DNA of 63,504 nt, counting the filler, from Octopus bimaculoides (lineage: Eukaryota): the NCBI RefSeq assembly GCF_001194135.2. It is 4 parts of 3 records of this genome, joined end to end, with 100 filler letters (N's around TTAATTAATTAA, not from the genome) between each part and the next. Parts side by side here need not be neighbours in the genome. Positions count along the whole stretch, not along the records: positions 24,500 to 41,854 come from NC_069005.1; positions 41,955 to 61,084 come from NC_068985.1; 2 more parts are not named here. One strand, written 5' to 3'. A program made the position numbers and the translations under genes. The notes beneath the pieces are model-generated. The model was not told where the DNA came from and did not search any database. It worked only from the letters and a program-made list of their open reading frames with translations. Positions within the stretch are counted from its first letter, which is position 1; each line of letters begins with the position of its first letter. Below, one piece after another: positions 39,160-52,500 of the stretch.

Positions 39160-39420
39160 ATCTTCCAACAAAACTCTGTTCTCCCAGACACATGGCCTGT
39201 TAGCTTACTAGACTTCAGTCTACTGGACAATAACATGACGTGTAGTCAAGAGTGGTCAATTAATACTCCCATAACACCACACAATATCTTAAGACTGCTA
39301 TGACTCGCACTATGTTCAAAATTGATAAAGATCATCTGATTTGGTCTTGTCAATACTGCCAACCTTGTACTGAAGCAGTCATAAATGCCAGCAGTAGATT
39401 CATTGAATAGGTGGAATAAA
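39160..39420 (+). pseudogene. Tc1/mariner-superfamily transposase C-terminal relic
   Basis: WPVSLLDFSLLDNN (cf. WPPNSPDLNPLDY)...PHN..L.TA...KDHLI....EAVINASSRFIE*. Confidence 0.6.
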
Positions 39421-39677
39421 AGGATTCTCAAGATTGTTTGTAGCAATTTCTTTTCAAATACAGCTTTTCTTTGATGAGCTATGTGTCATTTTTTAAATTT
39501 ATACAAACAACCTCAAAATTCTGATGCAACCTGCATTCATATACAACCTCTCCACTATTGTATCTCTTGGATTTTCAGAATGATGCAAAGATTTATCCCA
39601 ACCCTCAATCACAGTCATTCTTGTTAGCAGAGAACTTAATGTGAAATTTGTTTGATTCTTTGAATCCCTACTCTCTC

Positions 39678-39735
<58 letters not shown>

Positions 39736-39738
<3 letters not shown>

Positions 39739-40022
39739 CCAGTGCCCCTGGACTGGCTCTTGTGCGGGTGGCACATAAAATACACCATTTTGAGCGTAGC
39801 CGTTGCCAGTACCGCCTGACTGGCCTTCGTGCCGGTGGCACGTAAAAGCACCCACTACACTATCTGAGTGGTTGGCGTTAGGAAGGGCATCCAGCTGTAG
39901 AAACTCTGCCAAATCAGATTGGAGCCTGGTGTAGCCATCTGGTTTCACCAGTCCTCAGTCAAATCGTCCAACCCATGCTAGCATGGAAAGCGGACGTTAA
40001 ACGACGATGATGATGATGATGA
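39736..40022 (+). mobile_element. 5'-truncated RTE LINE (3' UTR only) with (GAT)n tail, after a (TA)n tract
   Basis: Near-identical to the reverse complement of 32055-32290; ends ...ggaaagcggacgttaaacgacgatgatgatgat. Confidence 0.9.
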
Positions 40023-40357
40023 GATAAGGAAATAATTTTATTCTCAAACGTAGGATAATGTTAATAATATAGCATAAACAGGATAAACTGTCCATCTTTT
40101 GCAGAAAAATCTGTTGGCGGCCAGCCATGAGACTTGGGGATGTGAATTTGAGTCTTATGGCTGACCACCGACAGATTTTTCTGCAAAATATGGATAGTTT
40201 ATCCTGTTCATGCTATATCATTAGTATTATCCTGTGTTTGAGAATAAAATTATTTCCTTATCTGTATCTTTCGATACATTTCAAAGCTTCAAGACTTTGT
40301 TTGTTGACTTTCAAAGTAAGTTGGATTTAACATATGATAGCGTCATATGTATATGTA

Positions 40358-40388
<31 letters not shown>

Positions 40389-40825
40389 ATATATATATAT
40401 ATATATANNNNNNNNNNNNNNNNNNNNNNNNNNNNNNNNNNNNNNNNNNNNNNNNATAATGGGTCCGAAACCGGTACCTGTTTAAGAATGCTTTTTTATG
40501 TGATTTTAAATGTCTTGCCCGCTCACGTTTTGGTATGTTGCTATATTTCATGTTGAGAACAATTTAGGTCTTAATAGACACAAGATGTGATCTATTTCTA
40601 GCACAGTAATTGTCCAAGTTAGTGGTCAACGTTATTTTTTTAAAAATATATATATATAGGTATAAGTTGGTTATGTGGTAGGAAGTTTGCTTCCCTATCA
40701 CATGGTTTCAGGTTCAGTCCCACTGTGTGGCACCTTGGGTGTCTTCAACTATAGCCATGGACAAAACAAAACATTGTCAGTGGATTTGGCAGATGGAAAC
40801 TGTAAGAAGCCTGTCATGTATATAT

Positions 40826-41855
40826 ATTGGATCATCCCATAAATAATGCAGCGTTTTCAATTGCATGAACTAAAAGTTGGAGGGAGATGGGATAAGCTAC
40901 CTGCATCAACTTGCTATAAAAGCAGGTTGTAATTTTATCTTGTCCTTATTCTTAGTGCAAGTTTTGAAGAATGCAGTTCGATTTTAACAGTTATTTTTTC
41001 AAAGCTATAATGGAAGTGGCAAAGGAGCATATTTGGCATATTTTGCTTTATCAGTTCAATAAAGACAACAACACAATGGAAAGTGCAAGGAATATTAATG
41101 AAGTATATGGGGAACAGGCAATAAGTGTAAGCCAGTGTCAATGGTGGTTCCAGAAATTATGAGCTGGAAACTACAGCCTAGAAAACTAGCCTCATCCTGG
41201 AAGATCTGTAGAGCTCAACGAGGACATCTTGCAAACCCTGGTGGAACAAAAAATCCCATCATAACTGCTGAGGAACTAGCAGAAAAGCTTGGATTTGGTC
41301 ATTCAGCCATTCATTGACACCTGCCATCAGAAAAGCACACTGGGTCAATGAGTTCCTCACAAACTTTCTAAGTCTAATCGCGCACAGAGAAAATGTGTGC
41401 TCTTTTTAGTTGTCATGTCTCACGAATGAATCTTTTTTGGACTGAATAGTGACTGGTGATGAGAAATGGATTCTCTATAAAAATGTGAAGCACCGAAGAC
41501 AGTGGGTAGGGAAAGGAGAAACACTAGCATCCTAGACTAAAGAAGGTCTTCACCCATGTAAGGTGTTGTTATCTGTTTGGTAGGATATGAAAGGTTTAGT
41601 CCACTTTGAACTTTTAAACCCAAGCCAATTAACAACAAAGGGGATCTACTGTGAGCAGCTTGAGTCAGCGCTAGAAGAAAAACAACCATCTTTGGTTTGA
41701 AGACAAAAGGTGTTCTTCCATCAGGATAATGCTTGACCATACACAGCGAGGATGACATTTCAAAGGCTGGAGCAATTTGAATGGGAAACAATGCCCCACC
41801 CACCATATTTGGTAGACATTGCCCCATCTGATTATAATTTATTCCGCAGCCTTCN
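40826..41855 (+). mobile_element. Mariner element with left TIR and degenerate transposase (right end in gap)
   Basis: TIR ...GGATCATCCCATAAATAATGC. Protein MEVAKEHIWHILLYQFNK...ARNINEVYG...CQWWFQK; IVTGDEKWILY; HPCKVLLSVW*D; FHQDNA; HPPY..DIAPSDYNLFRSL. Confidence 0.92.
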
Positions 41856-43162
41856 NNNNNNNNNNNNNNNNNNNNNNNNNNNNNNNNNNNNNNNNNNNTT
41901 AATTAATTAANNNNNNNNNNNNNNNNNNNNNNNNNNNNNNNNNNNNNNNNNNNNATATATATATATATATATATATATAGTTCAAAACTTACTGTGTAAA
42001 GATAACACGTGCGTTCGATCGTGTGATACAATATATATATACACATACATATATGTACATATATATATACATATATGTACATATGCATACAAGTGTATGT
42101 TCAAATATATATATATACATACACACACATACATACGTACTTACATACAAACATATATACAAACATACATACATACATGTATACACCTAGTATACACATA
42201 CCGAGACATACATGTACACATAGCCATCTATGTATCATACTTAAAGTATACGCCATGTCGCTATGCCCTTTAAAACACATTTTGGTCTGAGATAACATTT
42301 CTGATGGACTTGCTGTGTCAAAAACGTTCCGTAGCGAAGAGTAACGAGCGCCAGATTTATTTCAGCGATGCTAAAATATCAAGCAAGTTACTGCTACGTG
42401 TGGATGTATATATGGATGTATGTATAGGTGCGTACATTCAAAAGAATCATATACCATAAATACCAGTCTTAAAAAAAAAAATAGAATATGTAATGCTGTT
42501 CATTTGTTCGACTGCCTTAACATGGCTGTAGTCGAATAGCTGAAACCAGTGACGGTTTGTTAACGTCCCCGTGGTTAGCTGTTGGCCAAAGTGACTGATA
42601 GAATAAGTACCGAACTGTGAAAGAAAAAAAGTACTGGGGTCCATTCGTTCGACTAAACAGCATGACCGCTGTCCAATGACTAAAACCAGGAAAAAGTAAA
42701 ATGTGAATATATAATTGCTTCTGGTTTAGGCTCACGGTTAGCTGCTAGAGGGAGGTTGTGGTTTTACCGATAGCGTTGACCCCAGAACTGGACAGGTACT
42801 GCATGTTACTGACAACGGAAGGATGATAGCAATGTTGACATTTGGCGAAATTTGAACTCAGCGAGCCAAAAGAACTACCGTAAAGGATTTCTTCAGACAC
42901 TCAAACACCGTTGCAAAGCTACAGCACTTGGCGGAACAGGTATAGAATAGTAGAAAATCGGAAGTTTTCAGCATTGCTTCGAGTTTTACCTTCGTTCATT
43001 CTATTTTATATTTTATTTCATTTTATTTTATTTTTAGCGGCAAAAGGAAGCTCGAAGATAACAACAGTGTAATACTCAATTTCGGCTTTGCTTTTATAAT
43101 TAACTGTGTTTTAGGTACTAAGTAGGGTGATAATTCTTCCTTGTGTGAGTAGCTGTGTTCAC

Positions 43163-43242
<80 letters not shown>

Positions 43243-43250
43243 GTCTATCT

Positions 43251-44478
43251 AAACCATCGGAAGAGAAGCGTTCCGATGGTTTGGCGATCCATTTGCTGTC
43301 AACAGCCGCTAAATGGAGGGCTGGGTATGCCGTGGTTGATGATGCGCAGACATGCGCTGAGACTGCGACATCTCCGGCGCTTCCTAGACGACGGTGAACA
43401 GGTGCGGTCGCCGTTTGTGCGGCGCGCTTTCCCGCAGCTCGTCTCCTTAGCCGAACTGCAGTCGTGGATTAAACAGAGACCTAGGCTCGGCGAATGGCAC
43501 CGCGAGTGTCGCGTTGCTCTCAAGCAACCCTACCGTCCGGGACCAATCTTGTGCAACTTTGACTCCACAAAAGTGTTCTATAGAGGTTAGTGGAGGGGAG
43601 GTGCGACGACGATCTCGGGCAGAATNNNNNNNNNNNNNNNNNNNNNNNNNNNNNNNNNNNNNNNNNNNNNNNNNNNNNNNNNNNNNNNNNNNNNNNNNNN
43701 NNNNNNNNNNNNNNNNNNNNNNNNNNNNNNNNNNNNNNNNNNNNNNNNNNNNNNNNNNNNNNNNNNNNNNNNNNNNNNNNNNNNNNNNNNNNNNNNNNNN
43801 NNNNNNNNNNNNNNNNNNNNNNNNNNNNNNNNNNNNNNNNNNNNNNNNNNNNNNNNNNNNNNNNNNNNNNNNNNNNNNNNNNNNNNNNNNNNNNNNNNNN
43901 NNNNNNNNNNNNNNNNNNNNNNNNNNNNNNNNNNNNNNNNNNNNNNNNNNNNNNNNNNNNNNNNNNNNNNNNNNNNNNNNNNNNNNNNNNNNNNNNNNNN
44001 NNNNNNNNNNNNNNNNNNNNNNNNNNNNNNNNNNNNNNNNNNNNNNNNNNNNNNNNNNNNNNNNNNNNNNNNNNNNNNNNNNNNNNNNNNNNNNNNNNNN
44101 NNNNNNNNNNNNNNNNNNNNNNNNNNNNNNNNNNNNNNNNNNNNNNNNNNNNNNNNNNNNNNNNNNNNNNNNNNNNNNNNNNNNNNNNNNNNNNNNNNNN
44201 NNNNNNNNNNNNNNNNNNNNNNNNNNNNNNNNNNNNNNNNNNNNNNNNNNNNNNNNNNNNNNNNNNNNNNNNNNNNNNNNNNNNNNNNNNNNNNNNNNNN
44301 NNNNNNNNNNNNNNNNNNNNNNNNNNNNNNNNNNNNNNNNNNNNNNNNNNNNNNNNNNNNNNNNNNNNNNNNNNNNNNNCCCTTTTGATCGGATTTTTTG
44401 TTTTTTTTTCTGAAAGAAAAGCTCTACAGTTGTATTTGTCCCCTCTGTGTGCAGCCCTGTGTGGCTAATAAAAGAAAG
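43251..44478 (+). mobile_element. 5'-truncated Tx1/L1-clade LINE within a (TATC)n microsatellite (interior largely N gap)
   Basis: CCQQPLNGGLGMP (the P...GGLG motif after the RT in L1/Tx1)...FYRGLVEG; the 3' end with AATAAA at about 44467; (TATC)n on both sides. Confidence 0.75.
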
Positions 44479-44580
<102 letters not shown>

Positions 44581-44765
44581 GTCTTTCTTTCTATATGTAT
44601 TTGACTATCCGATATATTATATATGGTAACTGCAATGAATTTCACCTGAGAAGTTGAAGAAATGTCACAAATATATTTCAACTAACTTAAAGTCTGCTCA
44701 TCCCTAAACACTGCTTGGTGCTGATACTGCTGTATGTATGTACATAGAAAGATAGAAGGACAGGC

Positions 44766-44796
<31 letters not shown>

Positions 44797-45951
44797 TAGA
44801 CAGGTAGATAGATTTCGGATAGATAGATTTCAGGTAGATAGGTTTCAGATTATGGCACAAGGCCAGCGATTTCAGGGGAGGGGCAAGTCGGTTACAGAGA
44901 TCCCAATGCTCAACTGGTATTTATTTTATCAACTCCGAAATGATGAAAAGCAGAATCGACGGAATTTGGACCACGTGGTATAAATCCAGTCTCTCGAACT
45001 GTTAGAAATAACAGCCAAATTTCCCTCGGATTACACCCCCCCCCCCCACAATCATTAGTAAAACTAAAAGGGAAGATGCATTAATGAATTAATGAAGTCG
45101 TAAATATATCATAATTGGTAAAATAGTAAAATGAACCATGTCAAAATATTGATTAAAGAGGTACTCAAAAAGGATTTCTTTGGGGCTAAACAAGAAGAAC
45201 AAGAACAAGAAGAACAACAACAACCAACCAACACACCTCTTTAGAAAATGTCATAGAATCATAACCACATCCTTCTCCCCTTTTAACTTCAAGAACTTCA
45301 ATGAAGTTTGAACGATTCAAGATGAATCTAACTTCTAAGTCTCGCTTATATACGCATATTTATACATGGTGCACCCGTCCCACACTGGTTTTATGTATGT
45401 GTTATATATTTGTTTTCTCAGGTGTTTAAGTTGGGTATCGGCTACATCATTTTCATCATTTTGGGTGGGCCTCGAAATGTGCTCATTACATATGTGTGTG
45501 TGTGTGTGTATGTGTGCGTGTGTGTGTGTGCGTGTGTGCATGTGTGCGCGCGTGTGAGTGTGTGTGTGCATGTATATATATAAACGAGGTGTGTACGTAT
45601 CCATGTTGTATACGTATGCATATATATANNNNNNNNNNNNNNNNNNNNNNNNNNNNNNNNNNNNNNNNNNNNNNNNNNNNNNNNNNNNNNNNNNNNNNNN
45701 NNNNNNNNNNNNNNNNNNNNNNNNNNNNNNNNNNNNNNNNNNNNNNNNNNNNNNNNNNNNNNNNNNNNNNNNNNNNNNNNNNNNNNNNNNNNNNNNNNNN
45801 NNNNNNNNNNNNNNNNNNNNNNNNNNNNNNNNNNNNNNNNNNNNNNNNNNNNNNNNNNNNNNNNNNNNNNNNNNNNNNNNNNNNNNNNNNNNNNNNNNNN
45901 NNNNNNNNNNNNNNNNNNNNNNNNNNNNNNNNNNNNNNNNNNNNNNNNNNN

Positions 45952-45997
<46 letters not shown>

Positions 45998-46729
45998 TTA
46001 AGGAATGGAGTAAACGCATGTTATAACTGCATATATATATATAAATAGACACAAATACACACACACATATATATACATATATACATGCATATTTGCTACA
46101 CACACATACGTCTTCTGGATGTTTTGTCCCTTTCTTGTATCACCTAACAGTCTGGATGTTTTGCGTTCTTGTCCCATTCTGTATTATTTATATATATACA
46201 TACATATTGTTATATTTCGAGATGGTCATTTTTTTTTTTTTTTTTGCTAAATAAACATACACACAATATATTCGTTCTTCACTCGTTTATAACAGTCCTT
46301 ATTTTGTATTATGACCATTGTCCGGATAAAATAAGAACGGTAAGAAACCAGTGAAAAACGAATAAATAGTGCGTGTGTTTATTTGGCAAAAAATAAAATG
46401 ACCTCCCCGAAATACAATATTATCTGTTTCAACACACGGTTTCGATTTGGAATTTTGCAACACAAATTTATAAACGTATATATATGTGTGTGTATGTGTG
46501 TGTGTGTGTGTATGCGTGTGCGTGTAGCAAAAATTTAGATTCAGATGAATAATGCACTTAAGTTGAGTCCCAGAATTTAGTACGGTATTATTCATACAAT
46601 TTCAAAGTAAGGTGATTAAAATCAAAATAAGCAACAAGGATATCCAGAGGTAATGCAGTACGATCGTTTCATGCAACTCCATTTAATTGAACAATGCAAT
46701 CATTACATTATTATTATTATATATATATA

Positions 46730-46781
<52 letters not shown>

Positions 46782-47064
46782 TATGCATATATATGTATAT
46801 ATGTATGTATGTATGTAGTGTATATATATATATATATATAGCGGTCAGTAGTTCATATATCCGAAGAAGTAGCACCCTTTAAAACATTAGGGTAGTACTA
46901 TTAAGAAGCTTGTTTGTGTTGGCCGGTCAGAGAGTGACCATTGGGTTTTGCACCTATAAGACGTTTAGAGCTAATCCAGTCCTAACATAACCCTAAAAAC
47001 ATGGGATGATTACGCCTGGAATATCTTTAATAAGTTAGTTGTATTAGGGCTGATAGAATAAAAT

Positions 47065-47315
47065 AGATAGAGATCGTTCCCGAGTCATTAGACTCATAAG
47101 ATTGGATTCCTGGGGTCTGTGGTGTATATATTGCCCCTCGGACGGGACGATGGTCTGTCGAAGGGTTACTCATTTTTGCCAGCTGAGTGGACTCAAGAAA
47201 CGTGAAATAAAGTGTTTTGCGCAAGAACACGACGCATCGCTAGTTCCAGGAATCGAAACCACAATCTTACGATCAGGAGCCCAACACCACTAACCACTAA
47301 GCCACGCGCCTCCAC
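47065..47315 (-). mobile_element. tRNA-derived SINE, family E (GTGGAGGCGC head)
   Basis: Reverse complement: GTGGAGGCGCGTGGCTTAGTGGTTAG (box A)...GGTTTCGATTCC (box B), then 'gtgttcttgcgcaaaacactttatttcacg...gtccactcagctggcaaaaatgagtaa'. Confidence 0.8.
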
Positions 47316-47683
47316 TGCTGAAGGGGGGTGGGGGCATATATCTAGACCTAAAACCGCGACAATAAATTCGACTCCAATAACTCTCCTTACAATTACCATC
47401 ACCACAACTACCACCGCCATCACCACTGCCGCCGCCGCCGCCGCCGCAGTAACCGTTGTCATTACCTCTATCGCTACCAGATTAATGTTTTTTTCTACAA
47501 TGCCGGACTAGGTATGTCGGAATGGTTGATTGGTATGCAGCCAATATTGAAATAACAGAGCGTACGACTAGCAATTGTTGGTGTCTACAGTGGCATTGTT
47601 TACTAAAGCAGTGTTATGTTAACTGAGCAAGCCTTGTTATACAAACACACACAGATAAACGGACACGCAGTTAGATTTACAAG

Positions 47684-47762
<79 letters not shown>

Positions 47763-50043
47763 NNNNNNNNNNNNNNNNNNNNNNNNNNNNNNNNNNNNNN
47801 NNNNNNNNNNNNNNNNNNNNNNNNNNNNNNNNNNNNNNNNNNNNNNNNNNNNNNNNNNNNNNNNNNNNNNNNNNNNNNNNNNNNNNNNNNNNNNNNNNNN
47901 NNNNNNNNNNNNNNNNNNNNNNNNNNNNNNNNNNNNNNNNNNNNNNNNNNNNNNNNNNNNNNNNNNNNNNNNNNNNNNNNNNNNNNNNNNNNNNNNNNNN
48001 NNNNNNNNNNNNNNNNNNNNNNNNNNNNNNNNNNNNNNNNNNNNNNNNNNNNNNNNNNNNNNNNNNNNNNNNNNNNNNNNNNNNNNNNNNNNNNNNNNNN
48101 NNNNNNNNNNNNNNNNNNNNNNNNNNNNNNNNNNNNNNNNNNNNNNNNNNNNNNNNNNNNNNNNNNNNNNNNNNNNNNNNNNNNNNNNNNNNNNNNNNNN
48201 NNNNNNNNNNNNNNNNNNNNNNNNNNNNNNNNNNNNNNNNNNNNNNNNNNNNNNNNNNNNNNNNNNNNNNNNNNNNNNNNNNNNNNNNNNNNNNNNNNNN
48301 NNNNNNNNNNNNNNNNNNNNNNNNNNNNNNNNNNNNNNNNNNNNNNNNNNNNNNNNNNNNNNNNNNNNNNNNNNNNNNNNNNNNNNNNNNNNNNNNNNNN
48401 NNNNNNNNNNNNNNNNNNNNNNNNNNNNNNNNNNNNNNNNNNNNNNNNNNNNNNNNNNNNNNNNNNNNNNNNNNNNNNNNNNNNNNNNNNNNNNNNNNNN
48501 NNNNNNNNNNNNNNNNNNNNNNNNNNNNNNNNNNNNNNNNNNNNNNNNNNNNNNNNNNNNNNNNNNNNNNNNNNNNNNNNNNNNNNNNNNNNNNNNNNNN
48601 NNNNNNNNNNNNNNNNNNNNNNNNNNNNNNNNNNNNNNNNNNNNNNNNNNNNNNNNNNNNNATATATATATATATATATATAAATATATATACACGTGTG
48701 TGTGTGTGTGCACGTGTGTATATTTATATTGACTTCTCACAGACAACAATACAAATCACCATTTCCCATGAAAATGTTCTGTGCCAAGACAACATTTCAA
48801 ACTATGATATCAATTTGTTGGAAATCTCGGTATTAGATTTGAGAAAGGTTGTTTGGTGGATGTGAACCTGTTTAGCATATTTCCCCCTCTTGTCGTTGCT
48901 GCTGCTGCTGCTGCTGCTGTTGTTGTTGTTGTTGTTGTTGTTGTTGCTGTTGTTGTTTAGCAAAGCGGATGGACCTATCCAGGCGCAGGTGCGACTGCTT
49001 ATGTTTCCAACTTTATCTAACGATTACGTGATTCCGAATTGGATATCACCGTGTAAGCACGACCGGCCACTTGGCATGCGTCTTGTACTGCAGTCTCGGT
49101 CTTCTAAACGCTTTGTGACTGGTGGTGTAGAAGAATTGGTGACATATGAAGACGAAAAGAATGCACACGCCTACAGTATACACACACACACACACACACA
49201 CGCATATGTATATATATATAATCGATTAAGGAAACAGAAAATGGATTTACTATTAGTCTATAAGACTAATACCAAATCCATTTTCTCTTTCCTTAATCGA
49301 TTATTATCTCAACTGACATTGCGGAATTCCTAAAGTAGATCCAACGGAAATATAGCCGAATTGTAGATGACATCAGGTAGCCCAAACTGTGCCAGTACAC
49401 TAATTGACATATACCCAGTAGTCCAAAATATTACATGTGTGAATGTGTGTGTCTCCATTGATAAGTTTCCTTCAAACGTCTTTCTCCTGGATCATCGCTG
49501 CAACTTTTTTTTCTTTTTTTTTTTTTTTTTTTTTTTTTTTTGCCAACTTCTTTATCTTCCATTAGCAGTTTCACATATATTCGACAAGGTTTACCCAGTT
49601 CATTTCATTTACCATTTACTGATTCTGATAGTAAGTGCCGACGAACAACTTCATCCCTCCATCGCCAACAGCGTCTCATGAACCCAAGTCGGTGTGGTGC
49701 GATGCTTTCTAGTAATAATAATAATATTTTCTCATTATATACTACTTCGGTAAATGTGGCTCCAAAACGTTCTCCGTCCTTCTTAAAATCTATCTGTATG
49801 TTCCATCTGTCTGCTTTCATAAGTGCCTAGCATTCAGATCTCTTTACATCAATTTGATTTCTGAAGCAACTCTCAAATAACGAAGTTTTAAGATCATTAG
49901 ATACATTTGTTTCCTATAGGACAGACATTTTTTTTTTATTGCTGACGATGAAACTTTCATTCATACTTCACTGTCACGCTTAAGCTTTTTACCCAGGAAC
50001 CAAGAAGACCATGAATATATATGCGCATAAGTCTATCTATCTT

Positions 50044-50078
<35 letters not shown>

Positions 50079-50883
50079 GATTGTCTATCTAACTGCATAT
50101 ATATNNNNNNNNNNNNNNNNNNNNNNNNNNNNNNNNNNNNNNNNNNNNNNNNNNNNNNNNNNNNNNNNNNNNNNNNNNNNNNNNNNNNNNNNNNNNNNNN
50201 NNNNNNNNNNNNNNNNNNNNNNNNNNNNNNNNNNNNNNNNNNNNNNNNNNNNNNNNNNNNNNNNNNNNNNNNNNNNNNNNNNNNNNNNNNNNNNNNNNNN
50301 NNNNNNNNNNNNNNNNNNNNNNNNNNNNNNNNNNNNNNNNNNNNNNNNNNNNNNNNNNNNNNNNNNNNNNNNNNNNNNNNNNNNNNNNNNNNNNNNNNNN
50401 NNNNNNNNNNNNNNNNNNNNNNNNNNNNNNNNNNNNNNNNNNNNNNNNNNNNNNNNNNNNNNNNNNNNNNNNNNNNNNNNNNNNNNNNNNNNNNNNNNNN
50501 NNNNNNNNNNNNNNNNNNNNNNNNNNNNNNNNNNNNNNNNNNNNNNNNNNNNNNNNNNNNNNNNNNNNNNNNNNNNNNNNNNNNNNNNNNNNNNNNNNNN
50601 NNNNNNNNNNNNNNNNNNNNNNNNNNNNNNNNNNNNNNNNNNNNNNNNNNNNNNNNNNNNNNNNNNNNNNNNNNNNNNNNNNNNNNNNNNNNNNNNNNNN
50701 NNNNNNNNNNNNNNNNNNNNNNNNNNNNNNNNNNNNNNNNNNNNNNNNNNNNNNNNNNNNNNNNNNNNNNNNNNNNNNNNNNNNNNNNNNNNNNNNNNNN
50801 NNNNNNNNNNNNNNNNNNNNNNNNNNNNNNNNNNNNNNNNNNNNNNNNNNNNNNNNNNNNNNNNNNNNNNATATATATATACT

Positions 50884-52101
50884 TTAGGTCATCCCATAAA
50901 TAATGCGGTTTTATTTATACTTCTTTTGTTTTTCAAAAATTTGGTAAACAAAGTTCTTTTTTAATCTAAAATATACTCTCTTTCATTTTCTACAATGCTC
51001 TTCATTCTATCCGGTGGACTTGCAAGGCCCCTCTTCCAACATTCACTTGTCCGTGACGAAAAATACTCCTCCAGTACTGTTCCGACTTCGTCTACAGAAT
51101 TCATATTTTCTCTGTCCAAATAATTTTGAAGACTGCGGAATAAATGATAATCAGATGGGGCAATATCCGGCGAACATGGTTAGCAGGGCATCGTTTCCCA
51201 TTCAAACTGCTCCAGCCTTTGGAATGTCATCCTCGCTGTATGTGGCCGAGCATTATCCTGATGGAAGAACACCTTTCGTCTTCAAACCAAAGATGGTGGT
51301 TTTACGTTTAGCGTTGACTTCAATGACTGGTTGAATGACCAAATCCAAGTTTCTTCGCTAGTTCCTCAACAGTTACGATGAGATTTTGCTCCACCCGGGT
51401 TTGCAGAGTGGAGGCGCAATGGCCCAGTGTTTAGGGCAGTGGACTCGCGGTCGGAGGATCATGGTTTCGATTCCCAGGCCGGGCCTTGTGTATGTTTATT
51501 AAGCGAAAACGCCTAAAGCTCCACGAGGCTCCAGCTGGGAGTGGTGGTGACCCCTGTTGTACTCTTTCGCCTCAACTTTCTCTCCCTCTTTCTTCCTGTT
51601 TCTTGAGTAACGCTGCGATGGGCTGGCGTCTCGTCCAGCGGGAGGTGGGGGAACACATATGCCATAGAAACCGGGAAACCGGGCCCATGAGCCTGGCTAG
51701 GCTTTAAAAGGGCGCATAAATAAAAGGGTTTACAGAACGTCCTCGACGAGCTCGACAGTTTCCGACTGGAATTTCTGGAAGTACCGTTGACACTGTTTTA
51801 AACTTATTGTCCGATCCCCATATACTGCATTAATATTCCTCGCACCTTCTGTTACGTTGTTGCCTTTATTGAATTCATAAAACAAAATATGCCGAATATG
51901 TTCCTTTGTCACTTCCATTATAGCTTTGAAAAAATAACTGTTAAAATCGAGCTGCACTCTTCATAATTTTCATTAAGAATAAGAACAAGGTAAAAGTACT
52001 ACATGCTTTTATAGTAAGTTGATGCAGGTAGTTTATCCTGATCCCCTCCGACTTTTATTTCACACAACTGAAAAAACCGCATTAATTACGGTACGAACCG
52101 A
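50884..52101 (-). mobile_element. Mariner element (same family as 40826) with both TIRs, internal deletion and nested SINE
   Basis: TTAGGTCATCCCATAAATAATGCGGTT at 50884 and AACCGCATTAATTACGGTACGAACC at about 52075-52100. Minus-strand MEVTKEHIRHILFYEFNKGNN...CQRYFQKF, and FHQDNARPHT...PPYSPDIAPSDY at 51130-51280. Confidence 0.9.
51408..51725 (+). mobile_element. tRNA-derived SINE with V-domain-like segment, flanked by an 11-bp TSD
   Basis: Box A GGCGCAATGGCCCAGTGTTTAG, box B GGTTTCGATTCCC, segment GCTGCGATGGGCTGGCGTCTCGTCCAG, tail AAATAAATAAAA. TSD GGGTTT(G/A)CAGA at 51397-51407 and 51726-51736. Confidence 0.85.
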
Positions 52102-52174
52102 TATATGTTGGCCAATGGTGGCTCGTTTGATCCCTTTTTCTTTCGTTCTCCGTATCATATTTTCATTCAGATTC

Positions 52175-52500
52175 TAGGTGCAGGTGTAGCAGTGTGGTAA
52201 AAAGCTTGCTTCCCATAGAACTGGTTTCAGATTCAGTCCCACTGCTTGGCTCCTTGGGCAAGTGCCTTCTACTATAGCCTTGGACTCACTAAAGCCTTGC
52301 CTTGTGAGTGGATTTGGTAGACGGAAACTGAAAGAAATCAATCGTGTATGTATATGTGTGTGTGCGTGTGTGTGTTTGTATGTGTGTGTTCGTGTGTCGC
52401 TTTGTGGTTGTCCCCCACTACAGCGTGACAATTGGTGTTGGTGTGTTTGCGTCCTCGTAGAATAAGTAAAACGTAACTAATGGGGTCGATTCATCTGACT
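52175..52500 (+). mobile_element. SINE family A
   Basis: 'gcagtgtggtaaaaagcttgcttccc...ggtttcagattcagtcccactgc...ccttgggcaagtgccttctactatagcc...gtgagtggatttggtagacggaaactgaaagaa' plus internal (TG)n. Confidence 0.9.

Noticed and set aside
49605-49820. Minus-strand ORF MKADRWNIQIDFKKDGERFGATFTEVVYNEK
   Set aside because: Protein-like by eye but runs through a (TAT)n tract, has no convincing splice sites and no recognised family. It overlaps a better plus-strand exon candidate.
51408-51480. tRNA-like sequences with A and B boxes (also at about 17490, 21000-21076, 47240-47315 and 52180)
   Set aside because: They are SINE heads: they continue into repeat bodies and lack a complete cloverleaf, so they are not called as tRNA genes.
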